64,000 nucleotides of DNA from NCBI GenBank assembly GCA_963742445.1, contig CAVULV010000003.1, positions 67,504-131,503 on the forward strand, given 5' to 3'. The stretch is from an uncultured Acidimicrobiaceae bacterium. Lineage in GTDB: Bacteria > Actinomycetota > Acidimicrobiia > Acidimicrobiales > RAAP-2. A model generated the notes under the pieces. That model did not search any database. It was given only the letters and a program-made list of their open reading frames with translations, and had not been told where the DNA came from. The position numbers and the translations under genes were made by a program. Shown here one piece after another: positions 13,212 through 24,789 of the stretch; the first letter of the stretch is position 1, and each line of letters begins with the position of its first letter.

Positions 13212-16200
13212 GGGCGGCCTCCATGACGGCCTCGTCGACCGAGCGCCCCTCCGCCTCGGCCTGCCGGGTCGCCTCGAGGATGCGCCGGTAGTCGCGCGGC
13301 ATGACCTTGACGAACTCGAGGACCTCGGTGTCCCAGTTCTCGAGCAGGCGGGCCGCCACGGCCGACTCGGTCTCCACCAGGTGGCGCTCGACGAGCGAGC
13401 GCACGAGGAAGCTGTCGGTCGGATCGAGCGGCTCGACGTCGACCATCTCGAGGTTCACCCGCTGCCCGAAGGTGCGGCCGGGGTCGTACACGTAGGCGAT
13501 GCCGCCCGACATGCCGGCCGCGAAGTTGCGCCCGGTCCGCCCGAGCACCAGGACCACGCCCCCGGTCATGTACTCGCAGCCGTGGTCGCCGACGCCCTCG
13601 ACCACCGCGGTCGCGCCCGAGTTGCGCACGCAGAAGCGCTCCCCCACCTGGCCGCGGATGAACACCTCGCCCGCGGTGGCGCCGTAGAGGATGACGTTGC
13701 CGGCGATGATCTGCTCCTCGGCGACGAAGGGCGACCCCTCCGGCGGCCGCACGACGAGCCGCCCGCCCGACAGGCCCTTGCCGAAGTAGTCGTTGGCGTC
13801 GCCGTAGAGGCGCATCGTCACGCCGCTGGGCACGAAGGCACCGAAGCTCTGGCCGGCCGAGCCGGTGAAGGTCAGCGAGATGGTGTCGTCGGGCAGCCCG
13901 GCCGCGCCGTAGCGCCGGCTGATCTCGGAGCCGAGCAGCGTCCCGACCGTGCGGTCGACGTTGGTGATGGGCAGCGTCGACCGACACCGGCGTGGCGTCC
14001 GCCAGCGCGGGCGCGCACTCGTCGAGGAACGCGTGGTCGAGCGCCTTCTCCAGCCCGTGGTCCTGCAGGCGGGTCTGGCGGCGCCCGACGGTCGTCGGGG
14101 ACGTCGGGCTGGGCCAGGACGGTGGAGAGGTCGAGGCCCGGCGGCCTTCCAGTGGGTCACCGCCGCCTCGGTGTCGAGCAGGTCGACCCGGCCGATCGCC
14201 TCGTCGAGCGAGCGCAGGCCCGAGCGAGGCGAGGTGCTCGCGCACCTCCTCGGCGATGTACTCGAAGAAGGTCTCCACGAACTCGGGCTTGCCGCTGAAC
14301 TTGGCCCGCAGCGCGGGGTTCTGGGTGGCGATCCCGACCGGGCAGGTGTCGAGGTGGCAGACGCGCATCATGATGCAGCCCGACACCACGAGCGGTGCGG
14401 TGGCGAACCCGTACTCCTCGGCGCCGAGCAGCGCGCCGATGACGACGTCGCGGCCCGTCTTCAGCTGCCCGTCGACCTGCACCACGATCCGGTCCCGCAG
14501 CCCGTTGACGAGCAGCGTCTGCTGGGTCTCGGCCAGGCCGATCTCCCAGGGGATGCCGGCGTGCTTGAGCGAGGTCAGCGGTGCCGCCCCGGTGCCGCCG
14601 TCGTGGCCCGAGATCAGCACGACGTCGGAGTGGGCCTTGGCCACCCCGGCGGCCACCGTGCCCACCCCCACCTCGGCCACCAGCTTCACGTGCACCCGGG
14701 CCTGCGGGTTGGACGACTTGAGGTCGTGGATCAGCTGGGCGATGTCCTCGATGGAGTAGATGTCGTGGTGCGGCGGCGGCGAGATCAGCCCCACGCCCGG
14801 CGTCGACTTCCGGGTGCGGGCGATCCACGGGTAGATCTTGTTGCCGGGCAGCTGGCCGCCCTCCCCCGGCTTGGCGCCCTGGGAGATCTTGATCTGCAGG
14901 TCGTCCGCGTTGACCAGGTACTCGCTCGTCACGCCGAAGCGTCCCGACGCCACCTGCTTGATGGCGCTGCGCCGCAGGTCCCCGTTGTCGTCGGGCGTGA
15001 AGCGGTCGGCGTCCTCGCCGCCCTCGCCGGTGTTGGAGCGGCCGCCGATCCGGTTCATGGCGATGGCCAGCGTCTCGTGGGCCTCGGCCGAGATCGAGCC
15101 GTAGGACATGGCGCCGGTGGAGAAGCGGGCCATGATGCGACGAGATCGGCTCGACCTCCTCGATCGGGATGGGGCCGCCCGCGGCCGGCTTCAGGCGCAG
15201 CAGGCCGCGCAGCGTGCCCAGCTTCTCGGCCTGGTCGTCGACGGCGGCCGTGTACTCCTTGAAGATCTCGTAGCGCTTCGACCGCGTGGCGTGCTGGAGC
15301 TTGAACACCGTCTTCGGGTTGAAGAGGTGGAACTCGCCCTCGCGGCGCCACTGGTACTCGCCCCCGACCTCGAGCTCGCGATGGGCCCGCTCGGTCGGCC
15401 GCGGCTCGTGGGCCAGGCGGTGCCGCGTCGCCACCTCGGCGGCCAGCACGGAGAGCCCGACGCCGCCGATGCGGCTCGCGGTGCCGGTGAAGTACTCGTC
15501 GATCACGGCGCCGTCGAGGCCGATCGCCTCGAAGACCTGGGCGCCGGTGTAGGAGGCCACGGTCGAGATGCCCATCTTCGACATCACCTTGAGCACGCCC
15601 TTGCACGCCGCCTTGATGTAGTTGCGGCGCGCCTGGCGCGGGGAGACACCCTCGAGCAGCCCCTCGGAGATCATGTCGTCGATCGTGTCGAGCGCGAGGT
15701 ACGGGTTGACCGCCGCCGCCCCGTACCCGATGAGCAGCGCCATGTGGTGCACCTCGCGGGCGTCGCCGGTCTCGACGACCAGCCCGACCTTGGTCCGCGC
15801 CTTCTCGCGCACCAGGTGGTGGTGCACGGCCGCGGTGAGCAGCAGCGACGGGATGGGCGCCCAGTCGGCCGTCGAGTTGCGGTCCGAGAGGACGATGATG
15901 TTGGCGCCCTCCGCGATGGCCTCCGACACCCGGCGCCGCACCTCGTCGATGGCGCGCCGCAGCGCCTCGCCCCCGGCGGCCGTGGGCGCGCCCGCCCCAC
16001 CCGCCTCGCGGACGTCGAAGAGCCCGTCGATGGCGAAGGCCTTGAAGCCGGGCGTCTCGCCGTGCTCGTTGACGTACATCAGCTTGGCCAGGTCGTCGCG
16101 GTCGATGACCGGCAGCGGCAGGATGATCTGGCGGCACGAGCCCGGCGCGGCCTCGAGCAGGTTGGCCTCGGGGCCGATGGTGGCCGAGAGCGACGTCACC

Positions 16201-17773
16201 AGCTCCTCGCGGATGGCGTCGAGCGGCGGGTTGGTCACCTGGGCGAAGAGCTGGGTGAAGTAGTCGTAGAGGAGCCGGGCGCGGTCGGAGAGGACCGCGA
16301 TCGACGGTGTCCGAGCCCATGGAGCCGATCGGCTCGGCGCCCGTGCGGGCCATCGGGGCGAGGATCACGCGGAGCTCCTCGTTGGTGTAGCCGAACAGCC
16401 GCTGCTGGGTGACGACGCTGCCGTGCTGGGGCGTGAGCATGGTCCGGGCCGGCAGCTCGTCGAGCCGGACCTGGTCGTCGGCCAGCCACTCGCGCGTAGG
16501 GGTGCTCGGCCGCCAGCTCGGCCTTGATCTCCTCGTCCTCGACGAGCCGGCCCTTGGCCGTGTCGACGAGGAACATGCGGCCCGGCTGCAGGCGGCCCTT
16601 GCGCACGACGCGCTCGGGGGCGATGTCGAGCACGCCCACCTCGCTGGCCAGCACGACCAGCCCGTCGTCGGTGACCCAGTAGCGGGCCGGGCGCAGGCCG
16701 TTGCGGTCGAGCACGGCGCCGACGAGGGTGCCGTCGGTGAAGCAGACGGCGGCCGGGCCGTCCCAGGGCTCCATCAGCGACGCGTGGTAGCGGTAGAAGG
16801 CGCGCCGGTCGCGGTCCATGGTGGTGTGGTTCTCCCACGCCTCGGGGATCATCATCAGCACGGCGTGCGGCAGCGAGCGGCCACCGAGGTGGAGCAGCTC
16901 GAGCACCTCGTCGAAGCTGGCCGAGTCGCTCGCCCCGGGCGTGCAGATCGGGTAGACGCGCGACAGGTCGCCCTGAATGAGCGACGTCTCGAGCAGCGCC
17001 TCGCGGGCCCGCATCCAGTTGCGGTTGCCGGCCAGCGTGTTGATCTCGCCGTTGTGGGCCAGGTAGCGGTAGGGGTGGGCCAGCGGCCAGCTCGGGAACG
17101 TGTTGGTCGAGAAGCGCGAGTGCACGAGGGCCAGCCCGGATTCGAAGCGGGGGTCGCGGAGGTCGGGGAAGAACTCGCGCAGCTGCTCGGAGGTCAGCAT
17201 GCCCTTGTAGACGATGGTGCGGGCCGACAGCGAGGGGAAGTAGACGCCGTCGACCGCGTGCTCCACCCGCTTGCGCAGGACGAAGGCGCGGCGCTCGAGG
17301 GCCATGGTGTCCAGGCCCGCCGCCGCCGGCGCCACGAAGACCTGCTCGATCCGCGGCATGGCGCCGAGCGCGGTCTTGCCCAGGCCGTCGGGCTCGGTCG
17401 GCACGGTGCGCCACCCCAGCACCGACAGGCCCTCCTCGGCGGCCGTCTGCTCCACGACGGTGCGGGCCTTCAGCGCGTCGTCGGGGTCGGTGGGCAGGAA
17501 GACGAGACCCACGGCGTAGCCACCGGCCTCGGGCAGCGAGAACCCCGCCTCCTCGGCCGCCGCGGTCAGGAACCGGTGCGGGACCTGGACCAGGATGCCG
17601 GCGCCGTCGCCCGTCTCGACCTCGGCCCCGGACGCGCCGCGGTGGGCCAGGCGCTCGAGGACGGTGAGGCCGCGGTCGACGATGTCGTGGTCGGGCCGGC
17701 CGTGCAGATCGGCCACCATGCCGACACCACAGGCGTCGTGCTCGTATGCCGGGTCGTAGAGGCCAGTGGCCAT
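13204..17773 (-). CDS. gltB: Glutamate synthase large subunit; about 6 frame breaks
   Basis: N-terminal amidotransferase '[12 protein letters not shown]'. FMN domain '[22 protein letters not shown]'. GXGXG domain '[14 protein letters not shown]'. The gene is spread over ORFs 16235-17947, 15055-16440, 14157-16238, 12812-15133 and 13204-14160. Confidence 0.9.
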
Positions 17774-17876
17774 CGGCGTCCTTCCGATATGGGAGAAGTG
17801 AAGCGGCGTACCGGGACGACGTTGGCCCGAAGGTGGAGGAAACAGGATACACGACGGCCCTCGTAGGCTGGGCACC

Positions 17877-19000
17877 GTGCCGTCGCGCGTGCACATCGTC
17901 GGGGGTGGGGTCATCGGCCTGGCCTGCGCGTGGGAATCGTCACGCAACGGTCATGAAGTGACGGTCGTCGCGCCGGCGCCGGGACGTGACGGCGCGTCCT
18001 GGGTGGCGGCCGGCATGCTCGCCCCGGTCACCGAGGCGCAGTTCGGCGAGTCCGCCCTCACCGCGCTCTTGCTCGAGGGCGCGCGCCAGTGGCCGGGCTT
18101 CGCCGCCGCGCTCGAGGACGCGGCCGGGGCGCCCATCGGCTACGACACCGCCGGCACGGTGACGGTCGCGCTCGATGCGTCCGACCGCGCCAGCCTCGAC
18201 GACCTCCTCGCGTACCAGCACTCGCTCGGCCTCGTCGCCCGGCGCCGCAGCGCCAGCGAGTGCCGCGCGCCTCGTCCCGGCGCTGAGCCCCACGCTGCGC
18301 GGCGGGATCGAGGTGCCGGGCGACCACCAGGTCGACAACCGGGCCCTGCTCGCCGCGCTGGTCGCAGCCTGCCGGCAGGCGGGCGTGGCGTTCGTCGAGG
18401 GCACCGTGCGCGCCGTCGAGCGCCGGGCCCGAACTCGTCCTGGCGGACGGCCGCCGCCTCCGCCCGGACCACGTCGTCCTGGCGGCCGGGACCGGCCTGC
18501 CCGCCATCACCGGGCTCGAGGGGGCCGGGCTCCCCGAGGTGCGCCCGGTCAAGGGTCACATCCTCCGCCTCCGACCTCCGCCGGGCCGGCGCGGCGGCGC
18601 CGCTCCCCTGCTCGAGCGGACGGTACGCGGCCTGGTGCGCGGGCACTCCGTCTACCTCGTGCCGCGCCGCGACGGCTCCGTCGTCGTGGGCGCCACGGTC
18701 GAGGAGCGGGGCGACGGCACGACGGTGCTGGCCGGCGCCGTGCACGAGCTGCTCTGTGACGCCCGGGCCGTCGTCCCCGGGCTCGACGAGCTCGAGCTGG
18801 TGGAGGCGGCGGCCGGGCTGCGGCCGGCCACGCCCGACAACACGCCGCGTATCGGCTGGACCGGCGCCGACGGGGTCATCGTGGCCGCCGGCCACTTCCG
18901 CAACGGGATCCTCCTCGCCCCCCTCACCGCGGCCGCGGTCACCGACCTGCTCGACCGCCGCCCGGTGACGCCCCTCGTCGAGGCACTGGCGCCCGCGTGA
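17877..19000 (+). CDS. thiO: Glycine oxidase (FAD-dependent); 2-3 frame breaks
   Basis: '[16 protein letters not shown]' dinucleotide-binding fold and '[25 protein letters not shown]'. Lies immediately upstream of thiS. Confidence 0.75.
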
Positions 19001-19213
19001 CGACGCTCACCCTCAGCGTGAACGGCGCGCCCCTCCAGGTGCCCGCCGGGGCCACGCATCGCCGACGTCGTGGCGAGCCTCACGGACGAGGAGGATCCGC
19101 GGGGCGTGGCCGTCGCCGTCGACCGCTGCGTCGTCCCGCGCTCGGAGTGGGCCACGACGGCCGCCCGGGCCGGCTCCCTGGTCGAGGTGGTGGGCGCCGC
19201 CGCCGGCGGCTGA
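18997..19213 (+). CDS. thiS: Sulfur-carrier protein ThiS; 1 frame break
   Basis: 'TLTLSVNGAPLQVPAGAT' followed after a frame shift by '..IADVVASL..VAVAVDRCVVPRSEW..VEVVGAAAGG*' with a C-terminal GG. An extra base near 19057 breaks the frame. Confidence 0.7.
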
Positions 19214-19252
19214 CCGTTGTGAGGCGCCGCCGGGCGGTGCCAGAATCTCCCG

Positions 19253-20716
19253 GTGCCCGCTCCTCCCCGCCCCGGCCCCACCGCGTTCGTGCTCGCCGGC
19301 GGCGGGACGAAGGGATCGTTCGAGGTCGGCGTGCTGCAGTACCTCGTCGGGGTCGAGGGGATCGCACCCGACATCGTCACCGCCACCTCCGCCGGCGCCA
19401 TCGCGGCCACGGTGCTGGCCCAGGCGCGCACGCTCGACGAGTTCGCGCAACGGGTCGACGAGATCGAGGGCGACGTGCTGGCCTGGACCCAGACCGAGCA
19501 CGTCTTCGGGCGCCAGGCCTGGCTGGGCGCGCTGGACGGGACCGCGCTCGGCCTCGAGATCCACCGCGAGATCACCGAGGGCACCCGGCCGCCCTTCCCG
19601 CTCGGCCCCGCCGGCGTCCTGGCCGGCAGCGAGGTCGTCCCCCCGGCCGACGGCGCCGCACGCCACGACCGGCGCCGGGCCCGGCGCGCCCGGCGCCGGC
19701 GCCAGCGCCACGTCCTGCGGCTGGTCGCCGGCGCCGGCTTCCGGCTGCCCCGGGTGCGGCGCCAGCTGCGCACGAGCGGCAGCTCCGTCCTGAACCTCGA
19801 ACCGCTGGCCGACGCCCTGCGCCACGGCACGGGCGCCGGCGTGCGACCGGTCGACCCGGCGCTGGTCCGCCGCCCGGGCCTGCAGCTCCGCCTGGCCGTG
19901 ACCGCTCTGCGTGCCGGCGTCCTGCGCTTCGTGACCGAGGACGGGACCATCGTCGAGTCCGACGCCCGCACGCCCGCGCCGGGGACCGCCGCCGGGCCCG
20001 TCGACCTGATCGACGGGGCGATCGCCTCGGCCAGCGTGCCCATGGTCTTCCCGCCCCGCCCGATGGCCGACGACGACTACGTCGACGGCGGGGTGATCGA
20101 CATCATCCCCGTCGGGGCCGCGGCGGCGCTCGGGGCGACGCGGATCTTCGCCGTCGTCGCCGTCCCCCTGACGCTCGCCCGCGACGACCGTGACTACGCG
20201 GCGGCGCCGGCCGGCTACATCGGGCTGCGCTCCATGGGCATGATCGGCGTGGCCGAGCGGCAGCTGTCCAACCTCGCCGTGCGCCTGCCCGAGGGCACGA
20301 CGCTGACCACGATCGACCCGGTGGTCGACGTGGTGGGCCTCTTCGAGGTGGAGCCCGGGCTGCTGCGCATCAACCGGGACTACGGGTGGCTCCGGGCCGC
20401 CGACGTCCTGGCCGAGGGCGACGCCGGCATCCTGGCCGACGTCGCCGAGGGCACCCACGCCATCGCGGAGGCCCGCCGCGAGGCCTGGCGCCTCGAGGAG
20501 TCGCTCTGGCCCGCCGACGCGAAGGACGGGGACGGCGCCGGGACGCTGGCCCTCGTGCGCGAGCAGAAGGAGAAGGTGCGCGCACTGGTCGACCGGCGCA
20601 AGCAGCTCGGCTTCCCGGTCCCCGACGGCTGCGAGGCCTGGTGGAGCGGGTACGAGGTGCACACGGCGCCCCGCCCGGACCGCCTGCCCCCGAGCCCTTC
20701 GCCCGGGCACGACTGA
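19253..20716 (+). CDS. Patatin-like phospholipase with a long C-terminal extension
   Basis: Intact 487-aa ORF. Oxyanion 'LAGGGTKGSF', a nucleophile motif 'TATSAGA' in which Thr replaces the first Gly of GxSxG, and the catalytic Asp in 'YVDGGV'. Confidence 0.75.
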   Translation: MPAPPRPGPTAFVLAGGGTKGSFEVGVLQYLVGVEGIAPDIVTATSAGAIAATVLAQARTLDEFAQRVDEIEGDVLAWTQTEHVFGRQAWLGALDGTALGLEIHREITEGTRPPFPLGPAGVLAGSEVVPPADGAARHDRRRARRARRRRQRHVLRLVAGAGFRLPRVRRQLRTSGSSVLNLEPLADALRHGTGAGVRPVDPALVRRPGLQLRLAVTALRAGVLRFVTEDGTIVESDARTPAPGTAAGPVDLIDGAIASASVPMVFPPRPMADDDYVDGGVIDIIPVGAAAALGATRIFAVVAVPLTLARDDRDYAAAPAGYIGLRSMGMIGVAERQLSNLAVRLPEGTTLTTIDPVVDVVGLFEVEPGLLRINRDYGWLRAADVLAEGDAGILADVAEGTHAIAEARREAWRLEESLWPADAKDGDGAGTLALVREQKEKVRALVDRRKQLGFPVPDGCEAWWSGYEVHTAPRPDRLPPSPSPGHD

Positions 20717-20745
20717 CCCGGCCCCGGGCACCCGCCCCGGACGGC

Positions 20746-21735
20746 TCAGACGCTCGGCCCGCCCAGCCAGCCGCGGCGGCGGAACAGCGACGACGAGGAA
20801 GACGACGGTGGCGAGCTCGAGCACGATCCCGAGCACGAAGAAGCTCCAGGTCGGCGCCAGCCACACCCGGACCAGGTAGGAGAAGTTCTGCCCGAAGAAG
20901 CCCGGTGAGGAAGCTGAGCGGCAGGAAGATGGTGGCGATGATGGTGAGCTGCTTCATCACGACGTTCAGCCGGTTCGACACGGTCGAGAGGTGCGTGTCC
21001 ATGACGCTGCTCAACAGGTCCCGGTAGCTGTCGACCAGGTCCGCCAGGCGGATCAGGTGGTCGTAGAGGTCCCGGAAGTACCGGGTCGCCTCGTCGGTCA
21101 TGCCCGGCACGTCGGTGACGCCGGCGTTGATGCTGGCCATCATGTCCCGCTGCGGCGCGATGACCTTGCGCATGTCCATCAGCGTGCGCTTCATGTCGAA
21201 GAGCTGGCCGAGCTGCGCCTCGGTCGGCGCCTTGAGGATGTCGTCCTCCAGCGCGTCGATCCGGTCGTCGAAGTCGGAGAGGCACGGGAAGAAGCCGTCG
21301 ACCAGCGCGCTCACCGTCAGGTACACGATGACGATCTGCGGGGAGGCCACCTCGCTGGCAGTGGTGGCGCCCCAGGCGCTCGTGCACCTCGGCGATGACG
21401 GGGCAGTCGCCCCGGTGCACCGTGACGACGTAGCGGTCCGTCCAGAAGATGTGGACCTCGGCCCGGCCGGTCTTGTCGGGATCGGCGCCGCGGGCGACCA
21501 GGTACACGAAGGTGTCGTAGTCGTCGAGGCGCGGCCGCTGCGAGAAGCGCTCGGCCGCCTGCACGGCGAGCGGGTGGAACCCGAAGTGGACGCTCAGCAG
21601 CTCGCTGACCGTGCCGTCGGCGGCCTCGTCGTCGAGGTCGAGCCAGAAGAACTCCGTCCCGGCCAGTGCCGCGGTCACGTTCTCCGGCGTCGCCGGCTCG
21701 TCGTGGTCCTCGCGGTGCAGGGTCCCCTTCAGCAC
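20746..21735 (-). CDS. corA: CorA-family Mg2+/Co2+ transporter; about 3 frame breaks
   Basis: 'MKQLTIIATIFLPLSFLTG', then 'FFGQNF', then a C-terminal TM 'WSFFVLGIVLELATVV'. N-terminal 'FFWLDLDD..HPLAV'. The pieces are in ORFs 20746-22737, 20370-21350 and 19013-20866. Confidence 0.8.
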   Translation of the reverse strand: MLKGTLHREDHDEPATPENVTAALAGTEFFWLDLDDEAADGTVSELLSVHFGFHPLAVQAAERFSQRPRLDDYDTFVYLVARGADPDKTGRAEVHIFWTDRYVVTVHRGDCPVIAEVHERLGRHHCQRGGLPADRHRVPDGERAGRRLLPVPLRLRRPDRRAGGRHPQGADRGAARPALRHEAHADGHAQGHRAAAGHDGQHQRRRHRRAGHDRRGDPVLPGPLRPPDPPGGPGRQLPGPVEQRHGHAPLDRVEPAERRDEAAHHHRHHLPAAQLPHRASSGRTSPTWSGCGWRRPGASSCSGSCSSSPPSSSSSSLFRRRGWLGGPSV

Positions 21736-21794
21736 CCCCCCAGTCTCACGTCGGGGCCGCCACCGCGGTGGGATGGGCGGGGCCCCGGCGCGCG

Positions 21795-22960
21795 TCAGCC
21801 GAAACGGGCCGGGTCGAACTCGTCGGGCAGCGGCGGCTCGTCGGCGGGCAGGTCGACCCCCGCCATGGCGTGCGCCAGGGCCCGGGCCGAGTACGGGCCC
21901 TGCAGCAGGCCGTTGGCGCCGTGCCCGGTGGCCACCCACGCGTTGGCCCACCCCGGCACGCGGCCCACCAGCGCACGGTCGTCGGCCGAGGTGGGCCGCA
22001 GCCCGACCCGCGTCTCCAGGTGGGAGGCCGCCGCGAGCCCGGGCGCCACGAGCAGGCACTCGCGCAGCAGCTCGTGCAGTCCGGCGGCGGTGACGCTCAC
22101 CGAGAACCCGGCCCCGGTCTCGAAGGTGCCCCCGCAGGCGACCCGGCCACCGGGCCAGGGCACGAGATAGTGGGTCAGCAGGGGCTGCACGATGGGCCAG
22201 CCGCCCGTCTCCGCCTCGACGCCGAGGTGCACGATCTGTCCCTTGGTCGGCCCGACCGGGAGGTCGCAGCCGAGCCATTCGCCGGCGGCCGCCGTCCAGG
22301 CCCCGCCCGCGACCGCCAGCGCCCCGCAGTCGACGGTGCGCCCACCCTCGCACCGCGACCGACCGGACCTGGCGCGCCCCGGACACCCCGCACGACGACG
22401 CCGTGCACGGCGCCCTGGACGAACGCGACGCCCCGCGCCGCCGCGGCCTGCCGCAGCGCGCCGGCCATGCCTCGCCCGTCGACCCGGGCCGCGCCCGGCG
22501 CGTGCAGCACGCGGTGCACCGGGCCCAGGGGCGGGAAGAGCGCCGCGGCGGCGGCGGCCGGGATCTCGGACACCTCGCCCGGCGAGCGGCGCAGGGCCAG
22601 CTCGGCGAACGGTGCGAACCAGCCGTCCTCGTGGGCGCGCAGGCCGATGGAGAGGATCCCGCAGGTGCCGTAGGCCGCCGGCTCGATGTCGGCCCCGTCC
22701 GCGGCGAGCCGCGCCAGGAAGGCCGGGTAGTGCGCACCGGCCTGGCGCAGGAAGGGCCACAGCCCGGTGTCTGCCTCCGTGCTCGTGGCGGGCGAGAGGA
22801 TGCCCGCCCCGGCGTCGGTGGCCCGCCCCGGGTGGGCCGCGTCGACGACCGTGACGCTCGCGCCGAGGCACGCCAGCTCGTAGGCCAGCGACAGGCCCAC
22901 CAGGCCGGCGCCGACGACGGCCACGTCGCAGCGCTCCGGGTTCACGGCCACCGAGTCCAC
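21795..22960 (-). CDS. FAD-dependent oxidoreductase (DAO family); at least 1 frame break
   Basis: 'DVAVVGAGLVGLSLAYELA' (ORF 22175-22960) and '..GLRPTSADDRALVG..ATGHGANGL' (ORF 21795-23039). Confidence 0.7.
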
Positions 22961-22995
22961 CAGTCCCCCGCCGGTCGTGCCAGTGCTGCGGCACT

Positions 22996-23964
22996 ATGGG
23001 CGCCGTGCACATCGTGCGGACACCCGACGAGCGGTTCACCGATCTGCCGGGGTTCCTCTTCGAGCCGCGTTACGCGACCCTGCCCGACGGCGCTGCGCAT
23101 GCACTTCGTCGACGAGGGGCCGGCGGGCGCCGAGACCGTGCTTGCTGCTGCACGGACAGCCGACCTGGTCTTACCTCTACCGCACCGTCGTGGCGCGGCT
23201 CGTGGAGCACGGCCTGCGCGTCGTCGCCCCCGACCTCGTGGGCTTCGGGCGCTCCGACAAGCCCTTGTCGAGGACGGCGCACACCGTGCAGGCGCATGCC
23301 GACTGGGTGGCCCAGTTCACCGACGCCGTCGGCCTGCGCCGACCTGACGCTCGTGGTGCAGGACTGGGGTGGCCCCTTCGGACTGTCCCTCCTGGCGGCT
23401 CGGCCCGGCCTCGTCCGCCGGGTGGTCGCCGCCAACACGGCACTGCACACGGCCGACGCCGGCCTGGCCGGGCGGCTGGCCTGGCCGTGTCACGAGGACG
23501 CGGACGGCACAGTCACCGTGGCACAGATCCTGCTCGACTACCAGCGCCTCACCCAGGAGCTGACGCCGTTCCGGCCCAGCCTCTTCGTGCAGGGGGCCAC
23601 CGCGTCGGAGGTGCCGGACTCCGTCCTGGCGGCCTACGACGCGCCGTTCCCCGACGAGGCCTATTGCGCGGGGCCGCGCCAGTTGCCCCTGCTGATGGGG
23701 CTCACGCCCGGGAGCGCCTGCGCACGACTGAACCGGCGCACGCTGGACGCGCTGGGCACCTTCGACGGCCCGTTCCTCACGGCGTTCTCCGACGGCGACC
23801 CCGGCACCGGTGGCTGGGCCGAGGTGCTGCGGGAGCATGCGCCCGGCGCCACCGGACGCGCCCACGTCACGGTGCAGGGCGCGGGGCACTTCCTCCAGGA
23901 GGACCAGGGTGCCGAGCTGGCCGACGCGGTGGCTGCGCTGGTGGGGGGCACGCCTCCCGGCTGA
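22996..23964 (+). CDS. Haloalkane dehalogenase-type alpha/beta hydrolase; 3-4 frame breaks
   Basis: 'RTPDERFTDLPGF', 'LRMHFVDEGP', 'LLLHGQPTWSYLYR', 'APDLVGFGRSDKP' and the nucleophile motif 'LVVQDWGG' are scattered over three frames. Confidence 0.7.
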   Translation: MGAVHIVRTPDERFTDLPGFLFEPRYATLPDGAAHALRRRGAGGRRDRACCCTDSRPGLTSTAPSWRGSWSTACASSPPTSWASGAPTSPCRGRRTPCRRMPTGWPSSPTPSACADLTLVVQDWGGPFGLSLLAARPGLVRRVVAANTALHTADAGLAGRLAWPCHEDADGTVTVAQILLDYQRLTQELTPFRPSLFVQGATASEVPDSVLAAYDAPFPDEAYCAGPRQLPLLMGLTPGSACARLNRRTLDALGTFDGPFLTAFSDGDPGTGGWAEVLREHAPGATGRAHVTVQGAGHFLQEDQGAELADAVAALVGGTPPG

Positions 23965-24726
23965 CTAGGAGCCGGGCGGGGGCTCCTCCTTGGCGGCCGG
24001 TGCGGCCAGCGCCTCGGGCTCGGGCGCTCCCGTCCCCAGCTGCGCCTTGAGCGCGGCCAGCTCCTGGTCGACCTGCGCGTCCTTGCCGACCTGGTCGAGC
24101 TCCTTCTGGATGTCGTCGGTGCCCCCGCCGACGTCCTCGAGGACGCCGGACTCGAGCAGCTCGTCGAGGGCGCCCGAACGGGCCTGCATGGTGGCGATCT
24201 TGTCCTGGGCCCGCTGCAGCGTGGCCCCGGAGTCGTTGAAGGACTTGGAGATCCCGGCCGTGCTCTCGTCGACCGTCGAGATCGCCTTGGCCGCGGTGTA
24301 CTGGGCCTTGAGGGTCTCCTTCTGCGTGCGGAAGTCGTTCACCCGCTTCTGCAGCGCGTCGAGGGTCTTGGTGAGCTTCTGCTCCTCCTCGTCGAGCTGC
24401 TGGCGCTGCGGCTCCATCTCGTCGATCTGCTGCTGGGCGGCCGCCTTGCGGGAGAGCGCCTCCTTGGCCAGGTCCTCCCGGTTGGCCGCCAGGGCCTGCT
24501 TGGCCTGGTCCTGCAGATGGTCGATGGTGTGCTGGAACTGCTCCTCTTGCAGCTCGAGCCGCTTCTTGGACGCCGCGAGGTCGACGAGGGCCCGGCGCAC
24601 CTGGGTGATCTGCTCGAGCATCTTCTCGTAGGAGAGATCGAGCATCTCGTCGGGCTTCTCGGCGGCGTCGAGCGCCTTGTTCGTCTTGGCCTGCACGATG
24701 TCGTGCGCCCGCTGGAAGATGCCCAT
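23965..24726 (-). CDS. pspA: PspA/IM30 (phage-shock protein A) family protein
   Basis: Intact coiled-coil ORF 'MGIFQRAHDIVQAKTNKALDAAEKPDEMLDLSYEKMLEQ..'. The start is chosen at the MGIF methionine. Confidence 0.8.
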   Translation of the reverse strand: MGIFQRAHDIVQAKTNKALDAAEKPDEMLDLSYEKMLEQITQVRRALVDLAASKKRLELQEEQFQHTIDHLQDQAKQALAANREDLAKEALSRKAAAQQQIDEMEPQRQQLDEEEQKLTKTLDALQKRVNDFRTQKETLKAQYTAAKAISTVDESTAGISKSFNDSGATLQRAQDKIATMQARSGALDELLESGVLEDVGGGTDDIQKELDQVGKDAQVDQELAALKAQLGTGAPEPEALAAPAAKEEPPPGS

Positions 24727-24789
24727 GTGTCCCTCCCTGAGGGGTCGATCCGTCGACCCCACCATAGATTCCAATCAGCCGGCGTGCGG

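Noticed and set aside
17774-17876. TPP riboswitch expected upstream of thiO-thiS.
   Set aside because: The 103-nt gltB/thiO divergent spacer has no CUGAGA box and no pyrimidine-sensing helix pattern.
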